A stretch of DNA of 64,000 nucleotides from Alphaproteobacteria bacterium (GCA_965220745.1 CBDCQT010000011.1:32001-96000), one strand, 5' to 3'. Shown: positions 48,091 to 58,935, counted from the stretch's first letter. Program-made: numbers and translations. The notes: a model not told the origin generated them from the sequence alone.

Positions 48091-51000
48091 GTGAGTCCCC
48101 CCAGAAACGTTGAACACACCCTGGATGAGACTGGCTCCAGGTCCGCACTTCTTGCATTCGAAACGCATCGATCCAGAGTCGGCGCCATTAGCGCTGCGGG
48201 GTCAGGAGGGCGGAACGAGGGACAGGTGACGTGCGATGGCCATGAGGAGACGGTCCATGCCCTTCGAGCGACAATCGAGTCTCACGAAGCCACCATCGAG
48301 GCTCGAGAGGCGACTATAAGAGCCCGTGATGCCACCATTCAGGACCTTCTGAGTTCCACCAGCTGGAAAGCCACTGCTCCGCTTCGCTCCGTGTCCCGAA
48401 CCTTCAGATGGTATCGGCGCGTATTCCGCGGAGCCCCCAGACACCTATATCGGCAGGGCAAGGGGCGATTCTCGCGTGTCACAAGTTCCATGCGTTTCGC
48501 TCTCGCAGAATCACCCGCAAGAGTTCAGGCGAAGCGAAGCACCCGGCCGATTGAAATCTCGAACTCTGTTTCGGAGATTATTCGCGAAAGCAGAATACAA
48601 CATGTCAAAGGAACATCCCTAAATACTCAACGACGATCTGACAGAGAAGCCCTCAAGATAACGGTCATTGCGTGGGACTTGGCACACAATCCCTTGGGAC
48701 GCGCGTACCTGCTAGCCGATGTTTTGCGACACGAATACGACGTCGAGCTTATTGGGGCGACCTTCCCCGACTTCGGCAACGACATTTGGAAACCGCTACG
48801 CGGTTGTAGTCGCGTCAAGATCAAGCACGTACCGGGCGCCTATTTCCCAGAATATTTCAGGACCATCAAAGCGATGGTCGAACACATTGAGGGAGACGTC
48901 CTTTATGTGTCCAAGCCTAGGCTTCCCAGTTTGGAGTTGGCGATTCTAGCCAAGCTTGAGAGAAATAGGCCAATTATTCTTGACATAGACGACCATGAGC
49001 TCAGCTTCTTCGGTGCTCGGGAGCCCCTAAGTCTAGAGGAGTTGAGAGCCGAGCGAGGCATTCTGGATGTCGACGTGCCTTTTGGCGAGGCCTGGACCCG
49101 CCACTGTGAAACGCTGATTCCACACGTTGACCAAATCACCGTGTCAAATGAGACGCTCAAGGGAAGGTACGGCGGCATCGTTCTGCCCCATGTCCGAGAC
49201 GAGTGCGAATTCGACCCGACCATATATCCTCGCGAGAAAATTCGGTGCGAGCTTGGCTTTGTACCGGAAGACAGAGTCATTCTGTTTGCGGGAACCCCAC
49301 GCAAGCACAAAGGGCTCTTGCGGCTCATCGCCGCGCTGAGAGAGCTGGATCGACCGAAGTACAAGCTCCTGGTTGTCGGTTCACCGGCTGATGGCGCCGT
49401 GACCAGACTGCTGCGGCGTGTCGACCCGAGCCGCGCAACGCTGGTTCCGGACGTACCGTACTCGGATCTACCCGGCTATCTCTGCGCCGCCGACCTCGTT
49501 CCTCTGCTGCAAGACGAGGCTGAACCTACGTCGGCATTTCAAATGCCCGCCAAATTCACCGATGCACTCGCCATGGGCATCCCCATCGTCGCGAGCGATG
49601 TGCCGCCCTTGGTCGATGCCGCGAACGACGGCTTGGTGGAATTACTGGGAAACGCAACGCCGGCGCAAAAGATCGACGAAATCTTGTCCAACTACGCAGT
49701 TCATAAGAAGCGAGCGAATGAGAACCGTGAGAATTTTCTTGGCAAATTCAGCTACGCGAGCAATTTGCCTAAGATAAAGCAAGTGGTGGAACGGCATGCC
49801 GACCACCCTAAGCCTGTCCCGGATGCCTTCCATGATCTCGTCGAGTATCAGGAGAGTATATATTCCCAGACGGGAAGGACGTACAGAAACGCACCTAAAG
49901 TCATCTTACCCAGCAAAGTCACGAATACTCCTTCCGTTGCTACCGCAGCATTGACGCAGCGCAAGACTGAGAGGGCGCGACTGCGCGCGCAGCGATCGTA
50001 CGTCGACGACAAATTGGATGTGGTCTTCTTTTGGAAGCAAAACGACAGCGGGATTTACGGCAGGCGTCAGGACATGTTCGTCAAGTACCTGGCGCGCGAC
50101 CCAAGGGTCAGCCGCATCTTCCACTTCGACGCTCCGATGAATTTCTTTCGCTCCGCGGGCCTGGCAGCCAGAGCGGATTCGATGGGGCGGTGCAGCCATT
50201 CACGACTGGTAGGACGCCAGACGCTGAACAGGAGGCTCGGGCTCGCCAACAGGGGCAAGGTCAGATTCGACACCTTCATCCACGTCTCAAACCGTCGCGG
50301 TCCGAGGGTGTTCAAGCATATTTTTCCGAGGAAAGACGACTATCTCGAATTCCTAGACCGTGTCTCCAGGCGTCATAAGATCGGGCAACGGCGGACCATT
50401 CTCTGGGTGTGTCCCGTTAACTTTCATTTCTTGAGCATAGAGGATCGGTTGCAGGCAGACCTCGTGGTCGCCGATGTCATCGACGACGAGCGAAAATGGC
50501 CTGTGAGCGAAGCGTATAGAGATAAGCTGAGCCGCAACTATGAAGAGGTGTTGGGGCTTAGCGATCTCGTCATAACCAACTGTGAGAGTGTTTCCCAGAG
50601 TATGAGCGCCCTATCCGACAGCATCCATCTGCTGCCGAATGCTGTGGAGCTCCTGGAAGAAGAGGCGAGACACTGGCCTAAGCCGCGCGAGCTCAAGCGT
50701 CTCTCGGGTCCGGTGATCGGATACGTCGGCAACTTGGATATCGCGCGCATCGACCTGGACCTGCTCAGGAACGTGGTGAGTGAACGCCCTAGTTGGAATT
50801 TCATTTTTATCGGCTCCATGCATAAGGGTGATGAGATCAGAGAGTTGGAAATATACGGCAATGTTCATTTCTTGGGGGTCCGGGTCTACGAGCAAGCGCT
50901 GCGCTATATTCGGCATTTCGATGTAGCCATTATACCGCATTTGGATAACGAACTGACGAGAAGTATGAATCCCATTAAGTTGTACGTTTATTTTTCTCTG

Positions 51001-51228
51001 CTGGTGCCTGTTGTGTCGACAGAGATACAGAATATCGGAGATTTCAACGAGTTCGTTCGCGTGGCTCGCTCGCCGCAAGAGTTCGTGCGCACAATCGACG
51101 AATGTCTCTACAAGGACCCTCTCGCGACCGATCTGCCGCGTCTTCGAGAGCTACTGAAGGAGAATTCATGGCCTGAGCGTGTAAAGTACGTGCTTGAGTT
51201 GATCGAGCAGGAATTCGCAGTGTGCTAG
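48091..51228 (+). CDS. Large bifunctional glycosyltransferase (two GT-B-type domains, N-terminal coiled coil)
   Basis: SSTSWKATAPLR after heptads; Q.PAK.TDALAMG.P; P.IGYVGNL...D..L, NPIKLY.Y....PVVST; start uncertain. Confidence 0.85.
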   Translation: MSPPRNVEHTLDETGSRSALLAFETHRSRVGAISAAGSGGRNEGQVTCDGHEETVHALRATIESHEATIEAREATIRARDATIQDLLSSTSWKATAPLRSVSRTFRWYRRVFRGAPRHLYRQGKGRFSRVTSSMRFALAESPARVQAKRSTRPIEISNSVSEIIRESRIQHVKGTSLNTQRRSDREALKITVIAWDLAHNPLGRAYLLADVLRHEYDVELIGATFPDFGNDIWKPLRGCSRVKIKHVPGAYFPEYFRTIKAMVEHIEGDVLYVSKPRLPSLELAILAKLERNRPIILDIDDHELSFFGAREPLSLEELRAERGILDVDVPFGEAWTRHCETLIPHVDQITVSNETLKGRYGGIVLPHVRDECEFDPTIYPREKIRCELGFVPEDRVILFAGTPRKHKGLLRLIAALRELDRPKYKLLVVGSPADGAVTRLLRRVDPSRATLVPDVPYSDLPGYLCAADLVPLLQDEAEPTSAFQMPAKFTDALAMGIPIVASDVPPLVDAANDGLVELLGNATPAQKIDEILSNYAVHKKRANENRENFLGKFSYASNLPKIKQVVERHADHPKPVPDAFHDLVEYQESIYSQTGRTYRNAPKVILPSKVTNTPSVATAALTQRKTERARLRAQRSYVDDKLDVVFFWKQNDSGIYGRRQDMFVKYLARDPRVSRIFHFDAPMNFFRSAGLAARADSMGRCSHSRLVGRQTLNRRLGLANRGKVRFDTFIHVSNRRGPRVFKHIFPRKDDYLEFLDRVSRRHKIGQRRTILWVCPVNFHFLSIEDRLQADLVVADVIDDERKWPVSEAYRDKLSRNYEEVLGLSDLVITNCESVSQSMSALSDSIHLLPNAVELLEEEARHWPKPRELKRLSGPVIGYVGNLDIARIDLDLLRNVVSERPSWNFIFIGSMHKGDEIRELEIYGNVHFLGVRVYEQALRYIRHFDVAIIPHLDNELTRSMNPIKLYVYFSLLVPVVSTEIQNIGDFNEFVRVARSPQEFVRTIDECLYKDPLATDLPRLRELLKENSWPERVKYVLELIEQEFAVC

Positions 51229-51247
51229 AAGTTTGGAGTGCATAGCA

Positions 51248-51802
51248 GTGAACATCGCCAATGTATCGTTGTCTGAAGTAAAGATCATGAGCCTAAAGAA
51301 GAGCGAAGATAGTCGAGGTTTTCTGTCGGAGGTATATACCAGAAGAACGTTTGAAGCAGAAGGGGACGAAATCGAGTTCGTGCAAGACAACCATTCGTTT
51401 TCCGCCAAGAAGGGAACGGTGCGAGGATTGCACTTTCAGACGCCACCGGTTGCTCAGCATAAGCTAGTCCGTGTTGTGCGGGGATCGGTGTTCGATGTCG
51501 TGGTTGATTTGCGACGGTCGTCATTCAGCTATGGCCGGCATGTGAGTGTTGTTCTTTCGGCTGCAGCATGGAACCAAGTTTTTATTCCCATCGGCTTTGC
51601 CCACGGGTTCATGACGTTGGAAGAGGACACCGAGGTTGTCTACAAGGTAAGCGATTACTATTCGCCGGATCACGACAAGGGCCTTCTGTGGAACGATCCG
51701 GCCCTGGGTATTCAATGGCCAGTTCCCGCGAAGGAAGCCTTGCTCTCCGAAAGGGACCAGGCACACCCAAGACTAGCAGAACTGGAGAGCCCGTTCGCAT
51801 AG
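51248..51802 (+). CDS. rfbC: dTDP-4-dehydrorhamnose 3,5-epimerase
   Basis: DSRGF, FVQDNHSFS, VRGLHFQ, IPIGFAHGF, WNDP. Confidence 0.95.
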   Translation: MNIANVSLSEVKIMSLKKSEDSRGFLSEVYTRRTFEAEGDEIEFVQDNHSFSAKKGTVRGLHFQTPPVAQHKLVRVVRGSVFDVVVDLRRSSFSYGRHVSVVLSAAAWNQVFIPIGFAHGFMTLEEDTEVVYKVSDYYSPDHDKGLLWNDPALGIQWPVPAKEALLSERDQAHPRLAELESPFA

Positions 51803-51844
51803 CGCGAATGGACGCTAACCAAGTGCGGCGGAATTGGAGGAAGC

Positions 51845-52906
51845 GTGGAACGAATACTGGTCACCGGCGGGGCGGGATTCATCGGCTCCTGCATGGTGCG
51901 GCGGTTGGTGGAAGCCGGCAAGGAGGTCGTGACACTGGACCTGCTGACCTATGCGGGTCACGCCGAGACCATCGGTGCGCCGCTGGATGCGCCGAACCAC
52001 CGCTTGGAACACGCCGATATCCGCGACCGGCGCGCGGTACGTCGGATCTTTGCCGTGGCGCGGCCGCATGCGGTGATCCATCTCGCCGCTGAATCCCATG
52101 TCGACCGCTCGATCGACAGTCCCATGGACTTCGTCACCACCAACGTGCTGGGGACGGTGACACTGCTTGAGGCCGCGACCGATTACTGGAGCGGTCTGGA
52201 CGGCGCGGCGCGACAACGCTTCCGCTTTCTGCACGTGTCGACCGATGAGGTCTACGGCTCGCTGGGCGCCGAGGGCGCGTTCACCGAGACGACGCCGTAC
52301 CTGCCGAACTCGCCCTACGCGGCGAGCAAGGCGGCCTCCGACCACTTCGCGAGAGCATGGCACCGGACCTTCGGCCTGCCGGTGTTGATCAGTCACTGCT
52401 CCAACAATTACGGCCCCTATCAGTTGCCGGAGAAGTTAGTCCCCGTCGTCATCCTCGCCGCTCTGGAGGGAAGACCGATCCCCATCTACGGCGACGGTGC
52501 GAACGTTCGCGACTGGCTCTTCGTCGAAGACCATGCGCGCGCCCTGGAGCGGATTTTGGAGAATGGAACGCCCGGCGATCTCTACAACATCGGCGCGGAT
52601 GCGGAGATGTCCAACTTGGATATCGTGCGGGCGATCTGTGCTCGGTTGGACGCGCAGATGCCCAAGAGTCCCCATCGTTCTCACGCCGATCTCATCGAAT
52701 TCGTCGCGGATCGCCCAGGACACGACCGCCGCTACGCCATCGATTCCAGTCGCGTTCGCCGGGAATTGGGATGGCAGCCCACCGTCGATCTGCACGAAGG
52801 CTTGGATCTCACCGTGCGCTGGTATGTGGAAAACCGCTGGTGGTGGCAAGGGATCCGCGACGGGGGCTTCGAAGACTGCCGTCGTCAGGGATTGCGGTTC
52901 GGGTGA
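51845..52906 (+). CDS. rfbB: dTDP-glucose 4,6-dehydratase
   Basis: GGAGFIGS, HLAAESHVDRSI, HVSTDEVYG, YAASK, DRPGHD.RY. Confidence 0.97.
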   Translation: MERILVTGGAGFIGSCMVRRLVEAGKEVVTLDLLTYAGHAETIGAPLDAPNHRLEHADIRDRRAVRRIFAVARPHAVIHLAAESHVDRSIDSPMDFVTTNVLGTVTLLEAATDYWSGLDGAARQRFRFLHVSTDEVYGSLGAEGAFTETTPYLPNSPYAASKAASDHFARAWHRTFGLPVLISHCSNNYGPYQLPEKLVPVVILAALEGRPIPIYGDGANVRDWLFVEDHARALERILENGTPGDLYNIGADAEMSNLDIVRAICARLDAQMPKSPHRSHADLIEFVADRPGHDRRYAIDSSRVRRELGWQPTVDLHEGLDLTVRWYVENRWWWQGIRDGGFEDCRRQGLRFG

Positions 52907-52915
52907 CCTGAAACG

Positions 52916-53802
52916 ATGCGTTCGAGAGTGCTGCTGCTCGGGCCCTATGGTCAGCTCGGGCACGACGTTCGTCACGTGCACGCGCAACTGGGGAGCCCTT
53001 CGACCTGGTTCCTATCCCGCGCGAGACGCTGGATCTGGCCGCAGCGGGGTCGATCGATCGTCTCCTCGGCAGTCTGCGCTTCGACGCTCTGGTCAATTGT
53101 GCGGCGTACACCCCGGTGGACCTGGCCGAGGTCGACGCCACTGGCGCGTTCGCGATCAATACGCACGCGGTGCAAGCGTTGGCGCGGGTCTGCGCGGCCA
53201 AGCGAGCGCGGCTTCTGCATATCAGCTCCGATTACGTGTTCGGTGGCGACGCGGCGTGGCAGCGCCCGCTCCGGGAGGACGATCCCGCCGCGCCGGTCAA
53301 CGTCTACGGCGCCTCCAAGGCAATGGGGGAGAGGCGCGCGCGCCTCGAAGCCGACAATGTCGTCATCCTGCGCACTGCTTCCCTGTTCGGGGTGGCCGGA
53401 GCGGGAGGCAAGGGTGACAACGTCGTGGAGACCATGATTCGTACCGCCCAAGAGAAGGAAACTCTCCGCGTCGTTGACGACCAGAGGATGTCCCCGACCG
53501 CGACTGAAGACGTCGCCCGCGTCGCGGTGCGGATGTTGAAGGACGGTTGCGCGCCCGGAACCTATCACGTCGTCAACGCCGGTTCGGCGACCTGGTACGA
53601 GTTCGCTCGCGAGATCGTCCGCCGTGCGGGTGTGGCAGTGGATGTCACGCCCTGCACCTCCGAGGAATACCCGGTGCGTGCGCTTCGTCCGCGCTACAGC
53701 GTGCTCGACGGCGCCAAGGTCTCGGCCGCGTTCGGCGCCATGCCGGCCTGGCAGGAGGCGTTGGAACGCTACCTACGCACGACGCAGCGGTTGGTGCGGT
53801 AG
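52916..53802 (+). pseudogene. rfbD: dTDP-4-dehydrorhamnose reductase, frameshifted near 52990-52993
   Basis: N-terminus VLLLGPYGQLG in one frame; VNCAAYT.VD.AE, HISSDYVF, YGASK, VVDDQ..SPT, RPRYSVL in the next frame. Confidence 0.85.
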
Positions 53803-53870
53803 GCGCGCGGGGCCGAGATAGGAACCGCCGTGGGATGCGAGAAACCGAAATCGTGGCGATAGGAAACAGG

Positions 53871-54785
53871 ATGAAAGGCATCGTCCTCGCCGGGGGCGAC
53901 GGCACGCGGCTCTTCCCGATCACCAGTGTGATCAGCAAGCAGCTCCTGCCCGTCTATGACAAGCCGATGATCTACTACCCCCTCAGCGTCCTGATGCTGG
54001 CCGGAATCCGAGACATCCTGGTGATCACGACGCCGCAGCAAAGCCGGAACTTCCGCGATCTTCTGGACGACGGCAGTCGGTGGGGCGTTGCGCTGCGTCA
54101 TGCCGTGCAGCCGAGCCCCGACGGGCTCGCTCAAGCCTTCCTCATCGGCAAGGCGTTCATCGGGGCCGATACCTGCGCCCTCGCGCTTGGCGACAACATC
54201 TTCTACGGCCACGGATTGGAGAGGATGCTCCGCCGCGCCGCCTACCGGCAAAACGGCGCTACGGTTTTCGCGTACCCGGTTCACGATCCGGAGCGTTACG
54301 GCGTCGTCGCCTTCGACGCGAGCGGCCGCGCGACCGCCATCGACGAGAAGCCCGAGCGCCCGCTCTCCCATTGGGCAGTGACAGGGCTGTACTTTTACGA
54401 CAACGACGTCATCCGCATCGCCGAAGAGATCGAACCGAGCGCCCGCGGCGAGCTGGAGATCACCGACGTCAACCGGCGCTATCTCGATCGCGGCGACTTG
54501 CGGGTCGAGCAGTTGGGCCAGGGGTTCACCTGGTTCGACACCGGGACGCACGACAGCCTGGTGGAGGCGTCGAGCTTCGTCCACACCATCGGGAAGCGCC
54601 AGAACCAGAGCATCGGCGTTCCGGAGGAGATCGCGTACCTGAACGGCTGGATCGACCACACGGAGCTCGCCGCGCTCGGCCATCGTCTGCGCCGGAGCAG
54701 CTACGGCCAACACCTGTTGCGGCTTGCGGGCGAGCTCGACGGGAGCGATGCCGCTGTCCCAGAGCCGTACTCCAACGCTCGATGA
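53871..54785 (+). CDS. rfbA: Glucose-1-phosphate thymidylyltransferase
   Basis: [54 protein letters not shown]. Confidence 0.97.
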   Translation: MKGIVLAGGDGTRLFPITSVISKQLLPVYDKPMIYYPLSVLMLAGIRDILVITTPQQSRNFRDLLDDGSRWGVALRHAVQPSPDGLAQAFLIGKAFIGADTCALALGDNIFYGHGLERMLRRAAYRQNGATVFAYPVHDPERYGVVAFDASGRATAIDEKPERPLSHWAVTGLYFYDNDVIRIAEEIEPSARGELEITDVNRRYLDRGDLRVEQLGQGFTWFDTGTHDSLVEASSFVHTIGKRQNQSIGVPEEIAYLNGWIDHTELAALGHRLRRSSYGQHLLRLAGELDGSDAAVPEPYSNAR

Positions 54786-55777
54786 CGGACCGGAGCCGAA
54801 CTCCGCAAGGGGCTGCCGCTCTCGGTCATGACGATCCGCCCGGCGAGGTCAGCGTCATCATGGTCTCATACAGGACCGGGCCCGTGCTCGCGCCTGCCGT
54901 CGATGCGGTGCTTGCGCCCGATCAAGAGGGCGTCGGCGAACTCATCCTCGTCAACAACGGCAATTCGCCGGGGGTGACGACGGCTCTCGCCCGCCGGATG
55001 GCGACGGAGCCGCGCCTTCGCCTCATCAGCGGTCATGGCAACGTGGGCTACGCGCGCGGCTGCAACCTCGGCGCGCGAGAGGCGCGGGGACGCCACCTGC
55101 TGCTACTGAACCCAGACTGCTGCCTCCGGCCCGGCGCGGTTCCGGCGCTGCTGACGGAAGCTGCCTCGCTCGGCGAAGAGTGGATGCTGGGCTGGCGTGT
55201 GCGCAATCCCGACGGCACCGACCAGCGCGGGTCGCGGCGGGCGTTGCTCACCCCGCTCACCGCGCTGGTCGAAGCGTTCCGGCTCGACAGGCTCTCTCCC
55301 ACGCTGTTTCAGCGACATCGGCTTAGCCAACACGAAACCGCGCTTCCCGAGGGTACGGCCCGCGTGCCTGCCATCAGCGGCGCCTGCATGATGCTGCCGG
55401 GCACCACCTATCGCGCTGCCGGCGGCCTGGACGAGGGCTACTTTCTGCACGTCGAAGATCTCGACCTCTGCCTGCGCCTGCACCGGGCCGGGATCCCTAT
55501 CTACTTCGCACCCCACGTGGAGGCGGTCCATCACGCGAGCACCAGCCGCGCGCACCCGCTTCTGATCGAGTGGTACAAGACCCGCGGCTTTCTCCGCTAC
55601 TTCGGGCTGCACTACGGCAGGCTCCGTTGGCTACCCGTGCTGGCGCCGCTGGCGGCCGCGATCTTCGGCCGTTTGGGTCTCCGGGCCATGTTGACGCTTT
55701 GCCGTCCTGCCGGGCGGCGCGCTGAAAGTCGTCGTCCGCCTCGCTTATTCCGCCAAGCGCCCCGGACCGGGGTCTGA
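54782..55777 (+). CDS. GT2 glycosyltransferase (rhamnosyltransferase-like)
   Basis: [46 protein letters not shown]. Confidence 0.88.
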   Translation: MTDRSRTPQGAAALGHDDPPGEVSVIMVSYRTGPVLAPAVDAVLAPDQEGVGELILVNNGNSPGVTTALARRMATEPRLRLISGHGNVGYARGCNLGAREARGRHLLLLNPDCCLRPGAVPALLTEAASLGEEWMLGWRVRNPDGTDQRGSRRALLTPLTALVEAFRLDRLSPTLFQRHRLSQHETALPEGTARVPAISGACMMLPGTTYRAAGGLDEGYFLHVEDLDLCLRLHRAGIPIYFAPHVEAVHHASTSRAHPLLIEWYKTRGFLRYFGLHYGRLRWLPVLAPLAAAIFGRLGLRAMLTLCRPAGRRAESRRPPRLFRQAPRTGV

Positions 55778-55854
55778 AGGGCCGCGGTCGTGGTAAGAAC
55801 TCCGGGCTAAGGGATTGACTGATCGATCGGTGCCCGGAAGCGCGGGGGAGTGCG

Positions 55855-56583
55855 ATGAACGACCGGATCGTCCTGATTACCAACGTGGAGCATTTCGTGG
55901 GCCGGCCGGTCGCCGCCGAGCTCGCCGCCCTAGGGGCGACGGTGGTCTGCCACGACCAGAGCTTCGCGGATGCTGCCGCAGCGGATGAATTCGAGGCGGC
56001 CAATCCCGCGCTTGCCGTCGTCCGGGCGCAAGCGCCGGCGGAGATCGTTGCGGCCGCGACCGAGGCCTGCGGGCGGATCGACGTGGTCGTCTGCAACGAC
56101 GCCGGCGCGGCGGTCCGCGCGCCCATCGAGCAGGCACGCCCTGACGACTTGCGATCCGCGCTCGAGGAGATGGTGGTCTTTCCCTTCGAGATGGCGAGCG
56201 CCGTCGTGCCGCAGATGAAGGCGCGCAAGCGGGGCAAGATCCTGTTCATCACCTCGGCGACGCCGCTCAGGGGGCTGCCGAACTACTCGATGTACGTGAC
56301 CGCGCGCGGTGCCACCAACGCGCTCACCGTATCGCTCGCGCAGGAACTCGGCCGCGACAACATCCAGGTCAACGCGATCGCGCCCAACTACGTCGAGAGC
56401 CCGACCTACTTCCCGCCCGAGCTGGTCGAGGATCCCGAAACCTTGACCAAAATGACCCGAAACATCCCCCTGAAACGCCTCGGAAAGCCCGAGGAAGTCG
56501 CGGCTCTGGTGGCCTTCTACGCCTCGGACAAGAGCGACTTCATCACGGGCCACGTCATGCCCTTCGCCGGCGGCTGGGCTTGA
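55855..56583 (+). CDS. Halohydrin dehalogenase (SDR superfamily)
   Basis: T-X4-F-X-G (TNVEHFVG) replacing the Gly-rich motif; S-X12-Y-X3-R triad (SATPLRGLPNYSMYVTAR); APNY.ESPTYF halide-site loop. Confidence 0.87.
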   Translation: MNDRIVLITNVEHFVGRPVAAELAALGATVVCHDQSFADAAAADEFEAANPALAVVRAQAPAEIVAAATEACGRIDVVVCNDAGAAVRAPIEQARPDDLRSALEEMVVFPFEMASAVVPQMKARKRGKILFITSATPLRGLPNYSMYVTARGATNALTVSLAQELGRDNIQVNAIAPNYVESPTYFPPELVEDPETLTKMTRNIPLKRLGKPEEVAALVAFYASDKSDFITGHVMPFAGGWA

Positions 56584-56797
56584 GGTTTCCGCGTGCCCTC
56601 GGCGGCGAACGGGCGTTGACCGCCTCGGCCCATGCTATGTTGAAGACGCACCGGACGAGGAGGAGGCGCGTTTCGAGATTCGCGATCCCCTAACGCCTCG
56701 TTGGCCGCCCTCGTTGGATGCAGCCCAGGAGCCGGCACAATCCAATGTCAGCGGCGGGCCACCGAACGGGCGCAAGCCACGAGCGAGGGCATGCACC

Positions 56798-58024
56798 ATG
56801 AGCGACTACACCGTGAAGACGTTGCCCGATGTCGCGCTGACCGATCACTTGCGCTCGGTTCTCGACCGGCTCGACGCGTCGACCGCCGACATCGAAACCT
56901 GCATCACACTGCCGAGAGAGGTCTACACCTCGGAGGCCTGGTTCGAATTCGAAAGGCGCGCCGTGTGGGATCCCGAGTGGGTGTGTCTGGGCCACATCGG
57001 ACAAATACCGGAGGTTGGCGATTACTTCTCAATCACCATCAACGACGACCCCTTGCTAGTGTTGCGGGACGAGACGGGCGAGGTCCGCGTCATGACGGCG
57101 GTGTGCCAGCACCGCGGCCACATCCTCGGCGAGCACGCCGGAAACGCGAAGGTATTCACCTGTCCCCATCACGGCTGGTCCTACGATCTCAGCGGCGCTC
57201 TGATCAGTGCACCAATGATGGACGCGCACGCCTCGCTGGATGAACTGCGCCGGACCAGCTGCCTGCCGACACTGCGCTCGGACATCTGGAACGGTTTCGT
57301 CTTCATCAACATGGACGGCAATGCGCCGCCATTGAATTCGCGGCTCAGGCGGCTGTCGGAGGAGATCGCCAACCACCATCTTGGCGATATGGGAGCCACA
57401 CCGACGTGCGACTTCTCCGGCTATCCGTGGAACTGGAAGTCCATGCAGGAGAATGCGGTCGAACCGCATCACACGTGGTTCGTGCACAAGGGGCCGCACG
57501 ACTTCGCGCCGTCACGGCTGGCAACGTTCGTCGAATGGGACGACGACGATGACGGGGCGGTCTATCACCCCACGGGATTTCTTTATAGGGACGGCGGCTT
57601 CACCGCCGGGTTTCAATCTCTGTTTCCGATCATCGAAACGCTGACCGACAACGAGCGTCAGCGGGTGATGTTCGCGAGCATCATGCCCAACCTCTTCATC
57701 GGCACGGTGCCCGACGGCTGCCTCTACTACATGATCTTGCCTGACGGGGCCAACAGCCTGACCCTGCGGGTGGGATACCTGTTTCCGCATTCGACCCTGG
57801 CCTTGGACAACTTCGACGTGACCTTCAAGGCCGTCGTCGACGGCATCGTCATCTATAACGACCAGGATACCGAGGCCAACACCGCGGTTCACAAGGGTTT
57901 GCGGTCGCGTTTCGCCAATCGCGGGCGCTATGCGCCATTGGAAGGGACCCTGCCGCAGATCAACCGCTGGCTGGTCAAGCGCTACAAGGCATATGCGGCG
58001 CGACTGGACGCGGGATCGGCCTGA
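56798..58024 (+). CDS. Rieske non-heme iron oxygenase alpha subunit
   Basis: CQHRG...CPHHGW Rieske motif; NWK...EN..E.HH....H mononuclear Fe site; QD. Confidence 0.92.
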   Translation: MSDYTVKTLPDVALTDHLRSVLDRLDASTADIETCITLPREVYTSEAWFEFERRAVWDPEWVCLGHIGQIPEVGDYFSITINDDPLLVLRDETGEVRVMTAVCQHRGHILGEHAGNAKVFTCPHHGWSYDLSGALISAPMMDAHASLDELRRTSCLPTLRSDIWNGFVFINMDGNAPPLNSRLRRLSEEIANHHLGDMGATPTCDFSGYPWNWKSMQENAVEPHHTWFVHKGPHDFAPSRLATFVEWDDDDDGAVYHPTGFLYRDGGFTAGFQSLFPIIETLTDNERQRVMFASIMPNLFIGTVPDGCLYYMILPDGANSLTLRVGYLFPHSTLALDNFDVTFKAVVDGIVIYNDQDTEANTAVHKGLRSRFANRGRYAPLEGTLPQINRWLVKRYKAYAARLDAGSA

Positions 58025-58034
58025 CGCAGTCCCC

Positions 58035-58691
58035 CTACGCCTGAATATCCTTGGCGCGGTTTTCCAGTGCCGCGATGGCGTCGGCGGCGGTCACGGCCCG
58101 GCCGGCGTTGGTCAGCGCCCGCATGAGCGTGAGCGCCGCGTCATGGCCCTGTGCGCTGGTGCCGGCCACGCAGTCCTCCAGCACGTACACCCTGTAATCG
58201 CGCTGATAGGCGTCGCCCGTCGTCCACAGCACGCAGACATCGCTGCAGACGCCGGCGATCAGGAGCGTGTCGATACCCAGGCGACGCAGGTTCATGTCGA
58301 GCTCGGTGCCGACAAAGATGCTGAAGCGCCGCTTGAGGACGCGGATGTCGCCAGGCTCGGGCGCCAGTTCGTCGACGATCTCGAAGCCCTTCGTGCCTTC
58401 GATGCAAGGCGGTTCGGGCGCCTCTCCCGGCGCGGCGCGGGGATGCTTGCCTGTGACCCAGCCGCTCCGCCCGTCCCAGAGGAGGCGCCCGCCGTCGAGC
58501 CCGTCGGCGCGGTGCACTTCCTGGCTGAACACGACTGGCACCTGCGCGTGCCGGGCCGCGGCGATCACCCGGCCGATCCGGGTCACCATGCGCTCCGCCC
58601 CGATGGCATAGGAGCCGACATCGTCGTCGACGAAGTCGTTCTGCATATCGACCACGGCGAGCGCTGGTTGTCCGATCTCCAGTCCGTCCAT
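58035..58691 (-). CDS. Isochorismatase family cysteine hydrolase
   Basis: VVDMQNDF, KRRFS.F.GT.L, GVCSDVCV. Confidence 0.9.
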   Translation of the reverse strand: MDGLEIGQPALAVVDMQNDFVDDDVGSYAIGAERMVTRIGRVIAAARHAQVPVVFSQEVHRADGLDGGRLLWDGRSGWVTGKHPRAAPGEAPEPPCIEGTKGFEIVDELAPEPGDIRVLKRRFSIFVGTELDMNLRRLGIDTLLIAGVCSDVCVLWTTGDAYQRDYRVYVLEDCVAGTSAQGHDAALTLMRALTNAGRAVTAADAIAALENRAKDIQA

Positions 58692-58935
58692 TCGTGCGTC
58701 CTCCGATCCTTTCAGCCCCGTTGGTCCGGCGGGGCAGCGCTTGTCTATTGTAGCTCACAAGTAATTTGTGCCTTCGTTGCGGGCCACCGCACCGGCCGGT
58801 AGAGTGCCGTTTCAGCCGCAAGACGCGATCAGAAGCAGTTGGCGTAACGTCCGTCACTTATTGGAGGCGGATGTTCGCAAACAAACACTCTTGCGGAATT
58901 GGGGTTCGGCTTTCGCGACGATGGGAGGCGGAGCA

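Noticed and set aside
45282-55850. att-site duplication of the tRNA-like 3' end bounding the glycan island
   Set aside because: I found no second copy of GGTTCAAGTCCGGTCAGGGGC by eye and no integrase in the window.
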